38,410 nt of DNA from Limisphaerales bacterium (GCA_027451565.1 DAIDJC010000003.1:1-38410), one strand, 5' to 3'. Shown: positions 25,584 to 36,009, counted from the stretch's first letter. Made by a program: numbers and translations. Notes: a model not told the origin generated them from the sequence alone.

Positions 25584-26357
25584 TCAACCGCGGCCGGGAT
25601 TGGGGCGCGTGATTTTGTTCATCCATGCGCCAACCAGACCTGGCGCCAGCGGGGCAAGGACCTTCATTAGTTTGCTTTGGCCTGGGCAGATTTCCAAATT
25701 GCCAGATTGAATTCCTGAGATGGCGGATGCCACGAGTTTTTCCACTGCCATCGCTGGTATGGACTGCACCGAAGATTGGAAAGCCCCGTGCAGAAGAGGA
25801 GTATCCACGGCTGGCGGAGCGAGTTCAAAGACGGAAATCTTCGTGTCGGCCAATTGTTTGCGAAGGGAAAGGGTAAGGGAATGCAAGGCAGCCTTGGAGG
25901 CGCAATACACGGGAAAGGCGGCCAGGGGCAGAAAGGCAAGACAAGATGACACATTCACTATGGCAGCCTCGGGCCTGGTTTTAAGCAGGGATAAAAATCG
26001 GGTTGTCATCCATAAAGGCCCGCAAAAATTGGTGGTCATTTCACGAGTCATCAGGGATGGATCGGCTGGTTCTTGAAGATTGAGGCTGTGCATTATCCCT
26101 GCATTGTTGATCAAGACATCAAGCGCTGGGAATCGGGATTCCACATGAGCAAACAAACGAGAGATGGAATCCGGGTCGCCAGTGTCGGAGACGAAAGTAT
26201 GGATTCCGGAAAGGGAATTTCTGGCGGCTTCAAGCCGTTCAGCGCTGCGGCTGGTGATTAGCACAGTGTTTTCTCGCAATAGAAGCTGGCGGGCCATTTC
26301 CAGGCCAATACCGCTGGAACCTCCGGTGATGAGAACGATCTTTTTGTGAAGGCGCAC
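25584..26357 (-). CDS. short-chain dehydrogenase/reductase (SDR) family oxidoreductase
   Basis: 257 aa with a GTG start. It has the TGGSSGIG cofactor motif, NNAG and the YCASK catalytic motif. Confidence 0.85.
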   Translation of the reverse strand: MRLHKKIVLITGGSSGIGLEMARQLLLRENTVLITSRSAERLEAARNSLSGIHTFVSDTGDPDSISRLFAHVESRFPALDVLINNAGIMHSLNLQEPADPSLMTREMTTNFCGPLWMTTRFLSLLKTRPEAAIVNVSSCLAFLPLAAFPVYCASKAALHSLTLSLRKQLADTKISVFELAPPAVDTPLLHGAFQSSVQSIPAMAVEKLVASAISGIQSGNLEICPGQSKLMKVLAPLAPGLVGAWMNKITRPNPGRG

Positions 26358-26621
26358 AAAGTCAGGCGCCCGGAATGGGCATTGGGGCTGCTTTGCAAAA
26401 GCCGCTGGTTATAGAGGGGCCCGGCCTGAATATCATACGCTCTCAGCCTAGAAGGCTTGACTGGTTTGGCAAGCCTGTTTCATTTGCCAGACAAAGACGC
26501 CAATATGGAGGATGATTTGCGGCCTCCTTATGACAAGCCAGTCCAGGCTGGATTCATGGATGCAGGTTGTGGATGACGACTTATCCGGGCCAAGTTTCAA
26601 GCGGCTTTGAAACGACAGCGT

Positions 26622-27704
26622 TTATATGACGGTTTTGAAAGCGGCATCTTTTTTCAAAGCGCGGACGAAACCAGCCAGAAGCTGGGGAATGAGCTGCATA
26701 TCCTTCAGGCTGACCACCTCCACAGGGGAATGCATGTAGCGATTGGGAAGGCTTACCAAGGCGCTGGGAATGCCGCCGCGCGTCCAGAAAATGGCATCAG
26801 TATCAGTGCCACCACCCCGTCCAGTGGCCCTGTATTGCAAGGGGATTTTGGCGGCCTTGGCGGCTGACTGCAAACGACGCACCAAATCAGGGTGGTTACA
26901 TCCGCCATGGGTTAAAACCGGGCCGGAACCAAGCCGGATATCGCCATGCTGTGCCTTGCTCAAACCCGGATAATCCGTTGCGTGGGTGACATCCACAATG
27001 ACCGCCGCATCCGGTTGAAGCGAGTAGGCAATTTGTCGGATTCCAAACAACCCCACCTCTTCCTGGACATTGGAGACGACATTGACCTCTGCCGCGATGG
27101 GTTTGCGCGTCTCGGCAAGCAGGCGCAGTGTTTCCGCCACGGCGAAAGTGCCGGTGCGGTTGTCCAATGCACGAGCCACTGCCAGATCATTATGTAAAAG
27201 ATCGAAATCGGCGGCTACGGTCACCAGATCGCCCACCTGCACCCATTTGAGGGCTTCACGACGTGTCTTCGCGCCGATGTCAATAAACAGTTCATGAATC
27301 CGTGGCGGCTTGCCATTCGCGCTTTCATCGCGAGCGAGATGAGGGGGAACATTGCCGATCACACCCGGCACATTTTCGATACCCTTTACGGAGGAATGAA
27401 TACGAACCCGTTGGGCCCTCATGATGGCCGGGTCCACGCCTCCACGGGCCAGAACATGGAGATAACCGTCATCGGTGATGAAATGAATGGCCAGGGCAAT
27501 TTCGTCCGCATGTGCTGCAAGCATGATGCGCGGTGAGCCGCCCCGGTTGAAGACAGCCACGCAATTGCCATAGGTATCGGTGGATATATGCTCCGCCCAT
27601 GTGCGAACGTAATCCAGCCAGACCCGCTGGCCCCTCGCCTCCTGCCCCGTGGGACTGGGGGTGTTTACCAAATTACGAAGAAATTCCAATGAAGCTTCAC
27701 GCAT
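26622..27704 (-). CDS. M42 family metallo-aminopeptidase (FrvX/YpdE/PepA-like)
   Basis: AHADEIAL, VQEEVGLFG, DVTHATD and MHSPVEVV are M42 metal/catalytic blocks. The ATG at 27704 (MREASLEFLRNL...) is preferred over the track start at 27749. Confidence 0.8.
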   Translation of the reverse strand: MREASLEFLRNLVNTPSPTGQEARGQRVWLDYVRTWAEHISTDTYGNCVAVFNRGGSPRIMLAAHADEIALAIHFITDDGYLHVLARGGVDPAIMRAQRVRIHSSVKGIENVPGVIGNVPPHLARDESANGKPPRIHELFIDIGAKTRREALKWVQVGDLVTVAADFDLLHNDLAVARALDNRTGTFAVAETLRLLAETRKPIAAEVNVVSNVQEEVGLFGIRQIAYSLQPDAAVIVDVTHATDYPGLSKAQHGDIRLGSGPVLTHGGCNHPDLVRRLQSAAKAAKIPLQYRATGRGGGTDTDAIFWTRGGIPSALVSLPNRYMHSPVEVVSLKDMQLIPQLLAGFVRALKKDAAFKTVI

Positions 27705-27774
27705 GCGGCCAAAGCTACCGGCGAATGCGCATCGTGTCCAGACATGCATGCCGGGTCACGATTAGATGGAGGAA

Positions 27775-28857
27775 TCAATGGCTGGCAGCATCGGCTGTCA
27801 CACCATTGGTCTGGGTGACCAGCAACTGGCGGCGGCTTTTAAGCCATTCGTCCACGCTGTAGGATGGCATCAGGTAAACCCAATGCTGGTAAAGTTTCAA
27901 ACCATCCAGCTTTTCAGCGGCGTTGGTTCCTGTGGCGGAAATTTCAAAAGAGACGGGCACATTGTCATCCTTGACCGCGCCGGCATGAATCACGTAAAGC
28001 AAACCATCAAAAGTTTTCACCGTCAGGACCGCGTTGGTGAGCGAGTCAGGACCCTGCGCATTCAACGGCGCCACATCATTAAAGGACGAGGAACTGAATG
28101 GCGCCGTCACGCTGCTGACCTGGGCGGGGTCCAGTTTTTCACCTGGCTGAGCGCTGGCGAGCACCCAGTCATTGGTGTCTGAGACGCGGTCCAGTTTCCA
28201 ATCATTGGTGGCATCCGGGAGCTGGATGGAGACTGAAGCAGGCCGGGTGATGGAGAGAAAACCCTTGTCCAGCCACTGGTCCGGAGCGGTTTGGAGAGAA
28301 TCCAGGGGATCTGAAACCAAAGCCACGGCAGAGCTTTGACCTGGTAGAACATATCGGCCATCGGGCCAGGAACCATCTCCAAACCCCTGAGACGCGCCAA
28401 CGGGGGATTGGTGCTGGTGGGTTTTGCCAAGGAGCAGACTGGCCACGTTTTTGCCGGAAGAATCCTGGAGCGACAACAAGGTTCCCCCATCCTGATTGGT
28501 CCCAGGGGGGAGGAGGTCAAATCGGCCCAACTGGGACGGCCCCACCACCTGACTTTGGACGATCTTGAGATTGGACAGCTTCATCAGGACATCGCTGAGT
28601 TGCTGGAAATTGGCCGGGTACCCAGACCTTTGCCGCACCTGCCACACGTTGTCCTGCCTGACCAACTCGAGGACATTCGTGCCGGATTGAAGGGTCATAC
28701 GCGCCACCTCATTGATGGCAAGGCCGGGAAGCACTTTTGATCCCATGGCCGAGCTGTTTGTCTGCCAGGACTCATGGTTGCTCTGCCAAACCCAAAACCC
28801 GGCGGATCCTGCGAGACATGCGAGCGTGACCAATAAAAGGAATTGTTTCCGGTTCAT
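27775..28857 (-). CDS. DUF4340-like membrane-anchored protein (accessory to the GldG-type ABC system)
   Basis: 360 aa with an N-terminal TM anchor. It is coupled to the upstream gene by an ATGA start/stop overlap (28854-28857). The family call rests on this position after a GldG-like gene and on general sequence character. Confidence 0.55.
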   Translation of the reverse strand: MNRKQFLLLVTLACLAGSAGFWVWQSNHESWQTNSSAMGSKVLPGLAINEVARMTLQSGTNVLELVRQDNVWQVRQRSGYPANFQQLSDVLMKLSNLKIVQSQVVGPSQLGRFDLLPPGTNQDGGTLLSLQDSSGKNVASLLLGKTHQHQSPVGASQGFGDGSWPDGRYVLPGQSSAVALVSDPLDSLQTAPDQWLDKGFLSITRPASVSIQLPDATNDWKLDRVSDTNDWVLASAQPGEKLDPAQVSSVTAPFSSSSFNDVAPLNAQGPDSLTNAVLTVKTFDGLLYVIHAGAVKDDNVPVSFEISATGTNAAEKLDGLKLYQHWVYLMPSYSVDEWLKSRRQLLVTQTNGVTADAASH

Positions 28858-30740
28858 TGCGCTGAATTCTTATTGCGTTTGACAAGGGCCATCACCACGC
28901 CAGCAAGGCTGACCGCCAGGGGCATGGCCAGAATGTTGATCCACTCCAGTTTGGTTTCCAAAGCCGTCACTTCCTTGTTCAGATCTTTTTGGGCCTGCCT
29001 GAGTTCGCGGCTGGTCTCAGCCTCTTTTTTCTGGAAATTATCCAGCTCGGCGCGTTGTTCTGGTGACAAAATGTAACGCTGGTCGGCTCCCTTTTTCTGC
29101 TGCTGCAGCTCGCTGAGCCGGTCCTGGGCCTGTTGGAGGCTCTGTTGCAAATCCGCAATGCGCTGCTCACCCTCCGCCTCCGCGGCAGCCTCCAATTTCT
29201 TGATGCGGGTGAAAGGCCGCGCGGAAACCGCGCGGCTGCGAATGGAAATCAAATTTTCGTCTCCGGCCATTTGCTCGACCAGATTCTGGGCAAAATCCAG
29301 GTTGGCATTCATGGGGTTGACCATTTGACCAAACGGACTGTCCTCCTTGCGCAGGGAAAAGTCATCAGCCAGAAGGTCCGAATCGGCCACAAGCACCACC
29401 GTTGTGGGGGTCGAGGAAGTTTTGAGGAAAGATGATGCGGGGTTATTGGTCCCGGAAGGATCCCCATTGGGGAATGCCGTTTGAAAGGTTCCCGTCAATC
29501 GGATTGCAAGCGGGTAGGAGACACCGGTGGACTTGAAATTATTCATGACTCCCTGCTCGTCCTGGCTTGCCTGGGAGGCATCCACCAACTCCGCATCCGT
29601 GCTGCTATGCAGAAGCACGGTTTCCTTCAAGCCCGGCGCCGGGGTGCCAGTGAATGCGCCGGCCAATGGCAGCCATACCGGCCCAAGGTCGCTGGTCACC
29701 ACATCATGCCGGTTCATGCCATCCTGAGTCAGGGCAAGCCAGGCTGGCGCATCCATGGGACTGCCATTTTGGCCGCCTAGCTGCATCTTGAAATCCAAAT
29801 CCGCCACCACTTTCCCCGGGTCATAGTCCACGCCCCAGGCTTTGAACAAAGGGTCCAAACTGGAAGACTGGCCGCTGGGGTCGCCAGACATGGGATTTTG
29901 CTGGCGGCTGGAATAGGCGGAATAAGGGTCCACAAATGCGATCAACCTGCCTCCGCGCAAAACAAACTGGTCCAGGGCGAATTCCGTGGCCGGAGTGATC
30001 CCCTTGGGATGAATCACCAGCAGAACCTTGACATCATCATCAATTTTGGCTGCGTCCGGTGCGACTTGTCTGACGGTGTAGTCCTGTTGAAGTTGCTGGA
30101 TGAGGGTCCATGCCGGTGTGCCCTGATCCATTTGGCCCTCTGCCTGCATCATAGGGTTGGAGGGTTGCCCAAACACCGGCAAAGTGCTCATCACGCCCAC
30201 CACGGGTTTGGAAGGATTCTCGACCTGTGCAATGGCACGGGTGATGTCATATTCCAGCATAGGCTCGCGATCAGGCGAGAGAAAGGGCAGGCTGGCCCGC
30301 GTGTCGAGCATTGACACGGAAATTCCCAGGTAAAACGGGTCCACCCCCGGCAAATTTTGAGGCTGCAATCCGTCCAAGCGGGCGGAATCTTCCGCATCCG
30401 AATCGGGCTGGGGATCCAATTTCTCGATGACCAGGTTTTTCCCGGCCACTTCCTTGTATTCCGCTAGCAAGTCACCGACCTTTCGTGCGTAGTCGCGCAG
30501 GTAAACGGTGTCAGGCGTGGCGGTGTCGCTTTGGGAACAATAAAAACGAATCGTCACCGGGGTATCCAAGCGTGCAAGGATCGCCTTGGTGCCTGCGGAC
30601 AGTGTGTAAACCTTGTCCTGGGTGAGGTCGAGCCGCAACGGCCTGACTCCCAGCAGGGCATTCAGGCCAATCAAGAGCGCCAGCATGGCCAGAACGCCTG
30701 CTGCGGAATAAACCAGGGTTTCAAAGGACTTTTTGTGCAT
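28854..30740 (-). CDS. GldG-like ABC transporter auxiliary component (COG3225 type)
   Basis: 628 aa. An N-terminal TM is followed by RLDLTQDKVYTLSAGTKAIL. There is a C-terminal coiled coil (ADLQQSLQQAQDRLSELQQQKK...) and a terminal TM helix. Confidence 0.7.
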   Translation of the reverse strand: MHKKSFETLVYSAAGVLAMLALLIGLNALLGVRPLRLDLTQDKVYTLSAGTKAILARLDTPVTIRFYCSQSDTATPDTVYLRDYARKVGDLLAEYKEVAGKNLVIEKLDPQPDSDAEDSARLDGLQPQNLPGVDPFYLGISVSMLDTRASLPFLSPDREPMLEYDITRAIAQVENPSKPVVGVMSTLPVFGQPSNPMMQAEGQMDQGTPAWTLIQQLQQDYTVRQVAPDAAKIDDDVKVLLVIHPKGITPATEFALDQFVLRGGRLIAFVDPYSAYSSRQQNPMSGDPSGQSSSLDPLFKAWGVDYDPGKVVADLDFKMQLGGQNGSPMDAPAWLALTQDGMNRHDVVTSDLGPVWLPLAGAFTGTPAPGLKETVLLHSSTDAELVDASQASQDEQGVMNNFKSTGVSYPLAIRLTGTFQTAFPNGDPSGTNNPASSFLKTSSTPTTVVLVADSDLLADDFSLRKEDSPFGQMVNPMNANLDFAQNLVEQMAGDENLISIRSRAVSARPFTRIKKLEAAAEAEGEQRIADLQQSLQQAQDRLSELQQQKKGADQRYILSPEQRAELDNFQKKEAETSRELRQAQKDLNKEVTALETKLEWINILAMPLAVSLAGVVMALVKRNKNSAQ

Positions 30741-30752
30741 CGTTTCTTGAAG

Positions 30753-31505
30753 TCAGTTGGTGCGGCGCGTCCGCAAAATGACGCTGGTGGTGAAAAGGGA
30801 GAAAAGGATCACGGACAGGAAAAACACCACGTCGCGGGAATCCAAAACACCACGCTGGAACCCGCTGAAATGAGTGATGACACTGAATGAGGTGACAGCA
30901 TCCACCAACCATTGCCAATGTCCCGGCAACGCCTGCAAAAGATTGATCACGGGGGGAAAACCCGCCAGGATCAAAAAGAGGCAGGCCACCACGGACAGAA
31001 TGAAACTCACCACCTGATTACGGGTCATGGCTGAGGTGATGCAACTGATGGCCAGATAGGCGCCCGACATGAGCCAACTACCCACATAAGCGGTCAGAAT
31101 CACCCCGTTATCCGGGCTGCCAAGGTAATTTACGGTCAAGACAACCGGGAAAGTCAAAGCAAGGGCAAGGCCCAAAAAAAGCCACGAGGCGGCAAATTTT
31201 CCCACAATCGCCTCCCACGGAGTGATGGGCATGGTCAGCAACAATTCCAAAGTGCCCACACGCCGTTCATCCGCCCACAGGCGCATGCCCACGGCTGGGA
31301 CCAAAAACAAATAGAACCAGGGGTGCCAATTGAAAAAAGCGTTGCCCAAGGCGGCCTCGCCGCGCTCAAAAAACCCGCCGACCATGAAGGTGAAAAAACC
31401 ATTTAAAAGGAGAAAGATGACAATAAAAACGTAAGCGACCGGCGATGAAAAATAGGCGCTGATCTCTCTCTTGAGGATGGTTCGAATGTTGCCAATGCTA
31501 CTCAT
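30753..31505 (-). CDS. ABC-2 type transporter permease (GldF-like)
   Basis: 250 aa with six hydrophobic segments. The ATGA overlap with the upstream ATPase stop is at 31502-31505. Confidence 0.75.
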   Translation of the reverse strand: MSSIGNIRTILKREISAYFSSPVAYVFIVIFLLLNGFFTFMVGGFFERGEAALGNAFFNWHPWFYLFLVPAVGMRLWADERRVGTLELLLTMPITPWEAIVGKFAASWLFLGLALALTFPVVLTVNYLGSPDNGVILTAYVGSWLMSGAYLAISCITSAMTRNQVVSFILSVVACLFLILAGFPPVINLLQALPGHWQWLVDAVTSFSVITHFSGFQRGVLDSRDVVFFLSVILFSLFTTSVILRTRRTN

Positions 31506-32458
31506 GATTTTGCCTCCCGTGCTGCAGTGTCCGGCAGGGTGATGCGGCGGAACACGTCGTCCAGCCTGCCTTCCTCAGTGCGCAACGCCTCCACCTGCCA
31601 GCCTTGCGTGGCGGTTAGAATATCGCGAGTGACATCAATCACCCGGTCCGGGTGGGGAAAGGCGGTGACCACCACCAAATCCGCTGTGGATTCCACTGCC
31701 AGTCGGCGGACGGATGGGATTCGTCCGAGCTGCTCCCGGATCGCGTTCACTCCCAGGCCTTTTATATTGAGGCTGACCGCACCGGACCATTCCGACTTGC
31801 GGCGCAGTTCCTGCGGTGTGCCATTGGCCACCACGCGTCCACGGTCTATGATCATTGCCCGTGTGCAAACGGCATCCACTTCCTCAAGGATGTGGGTGGA
31901 AAAAATAATCGCCTTTTCACGCCCCATCTGGCGAATCAACTGGCGTATCTCATGTTTTTGGTTTGGGTCCAACCCATCGGTGGGCTCATCCAGGACCAAC
32001 ACATCCGGGTCGTGGATGATGGATTGGGCAAAGCAGGTGCGATGACGGTAGCCCTTGGAGAGGGTATCCACATTTTGGTGCAGAACGGCCTGTAGAAAAC
32101 ACTTTTCCACCACAGCCTGCACCGCAGCATTGCGGGCTGCCCCGCGCAAGCCACGGATTTCGGCGGCAAACTGGAGGAAGCCTTTCACGGTCATGTCCGT
32201 GTAAGCTGGGGCATTTTCAGGCAAATACCCGATGCGACGCTTGGCGGCCACCGGTTCCAGGGAGAGATCGTGGCCTCCCACATGCACAGAACCGCTGGTG
32301 GGGGTGATGAAACCCGTGATCATCCGCATGGTGGTGGATTTGCCGGCGCCATTGGGCCCCAAAAAACCCAGCACCTCTCCACGTGCCACCTCAAAGGTCA
32401 CGCCATCCACGGCGCGTTTTGCCCCAAAAAATTTGCTTAATTGATCAACTTTTATCAT
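31502..32458 (-). CDS. ABC transporter ATP-binding protein (GldA-like)
   Basis: Walker A GPNGAGKST, signature LSKGYRHR, Walker B VLVLDEPTDGLD. The track start at 32488 is GTG, so I used the ATG at 32458 (MIKVDQLSKFFG). Confidence 0.9.
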   Translation of the reverse strand: MIKVDQLSKFFGAKRAVDGVTFEVARGEVLGFLGPNGAGKSTTMRMITGFITPTSGSVHVGGHDLSLEPVAAKRRIGYLPENAPAYTDMTVKGFLQFAAEIRGLRGAARNAAVQAVVEKCFLQAVLHQNVDTLSKGYRHRTCFAQSIIHDPDVLVLDEPTDGLDPNQKHEIRQLIRQMGREKAIIFSTHILEEVDAVCTRAMIIDRGRVVANGTPQELRRKSEWSGAVSLNIKGLGVNAIREQLGRIPSVRRLAVESTADLVVVTAFPHPDRVIDVTRDILTATQGWQVEALRTEEGRLDDVFRRITLPDTAAREAKS

Positions 32459-32740
32459 GGACGCTTTGCTGTCATGAATGCAAAACACAGTTTAAACCAC
32501 ACCGGCACAGCGGCAAAAAGCCGATGGGACTGGCTGGCGTGTCTGCTCGGTTTTATAGATGGACATGTTAAAAAAACGTTCAAAAATAATCAAGTACTGG
32601 AAGGGCTTTGGAAGAGCGGCTTGATGCATGCACACCTCAACGGAATGCCCTTGAAACCGCCTGGGGGACTTTCCCCGGTTTGACCGGAATTGGTTCCGAC
32701 ATTGCCAATGTGGCCGGGGGAGACTACCATCCGCGCGTTG

Positions 32741-33580
32741 ATGGCGGAATACAAAGTCCAATTTGAAGTCTTCGAAGGCCCCTTGGATCTGCTTCTTTAC
32801 CTGATCAAAAAGGAGGAAGTGGATATTTATGAGGTTAACCTCACCAAGCTGGCCACCCAGTTCATTGAGCATGTGGAATTGATGCGTGCCTTTGACTTGG
32901 ATGTGGCAGGCGAATTCCTGGTGATGGCGTCCACGCTGATGTTCATCAAGAGTCGTGAACTCCTTCCTGTGGAGCAGCAGGTGGTGGTGGAAGGCGAGGA
33001 GGAGGGTGAGGATCCGCGCTGGGAGTTGGTGCGCCAACTGGTGGAGTACAAAAAGTTCAAGGATGCGGCCCGTCAACTGCAGGTTTTGGAATCCCGCCAG
33101 GAATCCATTTACCCCAGGCGCCCGGTGAAAATGGAGTTTGATAATCCGGCCGCGCCCGCCAAAACCGAGGCGGGAATCTTCGATTTGCTCAATGCGGTCA
33201 ATGCTGTCCTGAAACGCTTTGAGGCCAAGGAAGCCGGCACCCGCGAAATTTTCGAGGACAAGTGGACCGTCAGCGAAAAAATGGAGCGTGTTCTCGGCGT
33301 TCTGCTGGAGCGTGGAAGGATGCAGTTCTCGGAGCTTTTCGCCACCGCGGCCAGTCGTCCGGAAGTGGTTTGCACTTTTTTGGCGCTTTTGGAATTGATC
33401 CGGCTCAAACAATTGCAATGCCTGCAAACGGAGCCCTTTGCTGAAATTGAAATCTGCATACGGGAAAATTCCGTTCCCGGTGAGAACCCGGCCAGCCCGG
33501 GCCCGGACCAGCCCCAAATCCAAGGGCAGCCGGTGGATTCCATACCACTGAAATCCGGGCTGGAGACTGGCGAACAATAA
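32741..33580 (+). CDS. scpA: segregation and condensation protein A
   Basis: FEVFEGPLDLLLYLIKKEEVDIYEV is the kleisin ScpA N-terminus. The track start at 32690 is TTG, and I preferred the ATG at 32741 (MAEYKVQ...). Confidence 0.85.
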   Translation: MAEYKVQFEVFEGPLDLLLYLIKKEEVDIYEVNLTKLATQFIEHVELMRAFDLDVAGEFLVMASTLMFIKSRELLPVEQQVVVEGEEEGEDPRWELVRQLVEYKKFKDAARQLQVLESRQESIYPRRPVKMEFDNPAAPAKTEAGIFDLLNAVNAVLKRFEAKEAGTREIFEDKWTVSEKMERVLGVLLERGRMQFSELFATAASRPEVVCTFLALLELIRLKQLQCLQTEPFAEIEICIRENSVPGENPASPGPDQPQIQGQPVDSIPLKSGLETGEQ

Positions 33581-33606
33581 CACTGCATTCACAACCCCCT
33601 TTTTGC

Positions 33607-34326
33607 ATGGAACTCAAATTCATACTGGAAGCGCTGCTTTTTTCGGCTCAAAAGCCAATGACCTTGAAAGAACTGCGCGAGGTTTTTTCCGCAACCGCCG
33701 GGGCGGAGGACAGCACGGAAACGGCGCGCGCCTTTAAAAAGGTGAAAGATGAGGAATTACTGGCCTGCCTTGAACAGCTTTCTGCCGAGCATGAGTCTGC
33801 CGGACGCAGTTACCGGCTGGCGAACGTGGCCGGCGCATGGCAATTCGTCACCCAGCCGGATTACGCCCCCTGGCTGCGGTCCCTGCTGGGAGTGAAGGCG
33901 CGTCCCCCGCGCCTTTCCCAGGCGGCTTTGGAAACACTGGCCATCATCGCCTACCGTCAGCCTGTGACCAGGGCGGAAGTGGAGCAGGTGCGCGGGGTGA
34001 ACGTGGATGGCACCATGCAAACCCTGTTGGAACGTGCCCTGGTGGAACAAAGCGGCCGGGCCGAAGTGGTGGGCCGTCCCGCCCTGTACAGCACCACGGC
34101 AGCTTTCCTCGAATACTTTGGACTCAAGGAACTGGGCGATTTGCCTGCGGCAGATGAATTGCGGCGGTTGCCGGTGGAAAGACCGCCCGCTCCGGTCACA
34201 GCGGATCCAGGCCTTGCCACCGTGCCGCCCGAGACACTCCAAAGCTCCGGAACGACCAGCGCTGATTCTGAACCCGCAACGGGCGCAACTCCGCCAGCGG
34301 AAGGAAACCCTCCTGCCCAAGCCTGA
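33607..34326 (+). CDS. scpB: segregation and condensation protein B
   Basis: ILEALLFSAQKPMTLKEL, LETLAIIAYRQPVTRAEVEQVRGV and GRPALYSTTAAFLEYFGL, followed by a Pro-rich tail. Confidence 0.85.
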   Translation: MELKFILEALLFSAQKPMTLKELREVFSATAGAEDSTETARAFKKVKDEELLACLEQLSAEHESAGRSYRLANVAGAWQFVTQPDYAPWLRSLLGVKARPPRLSQAALETLAIIAYRQPVTRAEVEQVRGVNVDGTMQTLLERALVEQSGRAEVVGRPALYSTTAAFLEYFGLKELGDLPAADELRRLPVERPPAPVTADPGLATVPPETLQSSGTTSADSEPATGATPPAEGNPPAQA

Positions 34327-34413
34327 CAAACCCAGTTGAACCCGTTGGGTGAACTTGAAGTCAGGTGGCCGGTCCCGGTGGTTGGACATTCCATAATTTA
34401 ATCGCCGGATGAG

Positions 34414-34469
34414 CAGAAAAGAAAAGGGACGAGCAGGATGGCCAATTTGGCCGTGTCCCACTCGTCCCC
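34414..34469 (-). terminator. rho-independent terminator of the metK-ahcY transcript
   Basis: On the minus strand, GGGACGAG...CTCGTCCC (plus-strand 34426-34433 / 34461-34468, with an inner GGCC..GGCC stem) is followed by TTTTCTTTTCT. It lies 42 nt past the ahcY stop. Confidence 0.6.
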
Positions 34470-34510
34470 ACATTCAATCGAACGCGTGAAGCGGTGCGCG
34501 GGAGAGGCAG

Positions 34511-36009
34511 TCAGTAACGGTAATGTTCCGGTTTGTACGGACCATCCACCGGCACGCCCAAATAGTCGGCCTGGCTGGATGTGAGCTTGGTCAGTTTGAC
34601 GCCAATTTTTTCGAGGTGCAGCCGCGCCACTTCCTCATCCAATTTCTTGGGCAGACGATAAACCCCCACCTTGAGTGAGCCACGGTTTTTCCAAAGGTCC
34701 ATCTGTGCGAGCACCTGGTTGGTAAAACTATTGCTCATCACGAAACTCGGATGGCCCGTGGCGCATCCCAGGTTCACCAAACGGCCTTCGGCCAACATGT
34801 AAAGACTGTTGCCGCCAGGGAAGGTGTATTTATCCACCTGCGGCTTGATGGTGATTTTTTTTACGCCCCTGGCCTGGTTCAAACGGTCCACTTGAATCTC
34901 GTTATCAAAATGGCCAATATTACAGACAATGGCCTGGTCCTTCATTTTAGCCATGTGTTCCAGGGTGATAATATCCCGGTTGCCTGTGGTGGTGACGTAA
35001 AGGTCGGCACGACCAAGGGTATCCTCGACGGTAGTGACCTCGAAGCCTTCCATCGCGGCCTGCAAGGCATTGATGGGATCAATTTCGGTGACAATAACCC
35101 GGGCACCGAACCCGCGGAGGGAATGCGCGGAACCCTTGCCAACGTCCCCGTAACCACAAACCACGGCCACTTTGCCGGCCACCATCACGTCTGTGGCCCG
35201 TTTGATGCCGTCAGCCAGTGATTCACGGCAGCCATAGAGATTGTCAAACTTGGATTTGGTCACGGAATCATTCACATTGATGGCAGGCACCAGCAGCTTG
35301 CCTTTTTCAAGCATTTGATACAAGCGATGCACCCCGGTGGTGGTTTCCTCTGAAACCCCCTTCCAGTCTTTCACCACCTCATGCCAAAAACCGGGACGTT
35401 CCCGCGCCACTCGCTTGAGGAGGTTTTTGATGACGCTCACTTCATGGCTGTCGCTGGGCGTGTTGACCCAGTCGCTGCGCTCTTCCAATTCATAACCTTT
35501 ATGGATCAAAAGAGTGGCGTCGCCACCGTCGTCCACGATCAATTGCGGGCCTTTGTTGCCGGGATGGGTCAGGGCAGAGAGTGTCAGGTCCCAATATTCT
35601 TCAAGTGTTTCGCCCTTGAAAGCAAAGACAGGGATGCCAGCCTGTGCAATGGCTGCCGCAGCGTGATCCTGTGTGGAAAAGATGTTGCAACTGGCCCAAC
35701 GGACTGAGGCGCCCAATTCAACCAGTGTTTCAATGAGAATGGCCGTCTCAATGGTCATGTGCAAGGAACCGGTGATCCGGACTCCTTTCAAGGGCTTTTG
35801 CCTGCCGTACTTGGACGGATGGCCATCAGCCCCGGCATTTCGTGCTCTGAAACCTGAATGGTCTTGCGGCCCCACTCAGCCAGGGAGATGTCCTTGACCA
35901 GGAAATCGCCACCCACAGATTTATTTCCATTCGTGGAATTCTTGACGGGGCTGGGGGTAATCGCAGCGCCCGCCTTTTTTCGGCTGGGAGATAGTTTGAT
36001 GGATGCCAT
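34511..36009 (-). pseudogene. ahcY: adenosylhomocysteinase split by a single-nucleotide frame disruption near codon 65
   Basis: The N-terminus ([31 protein letters not shown]) is in the frame of ORF 35788..36117, beginning at the ATG at 36009. The rest ([31 protein letters not shown]...YKPEHYRY) is in the frame of ORF 34511..35875. The two frames join if T35815 is read twice, giving ATC CGT (T)CC AAG. Confidence 0.85.

Noticed and set aside
35813-35817. Programmed -1 ribosomal frameshifting as the explanation for the split ahcY.
   Set aside because: There is no X-XXY-YYZ slippery heptamer at ATCCGTCCAAG. I saw no obvious downstream stimulatory structure and know of no precedent for recoding in ahcY. 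An indel or sequencing error is more parsimonious.
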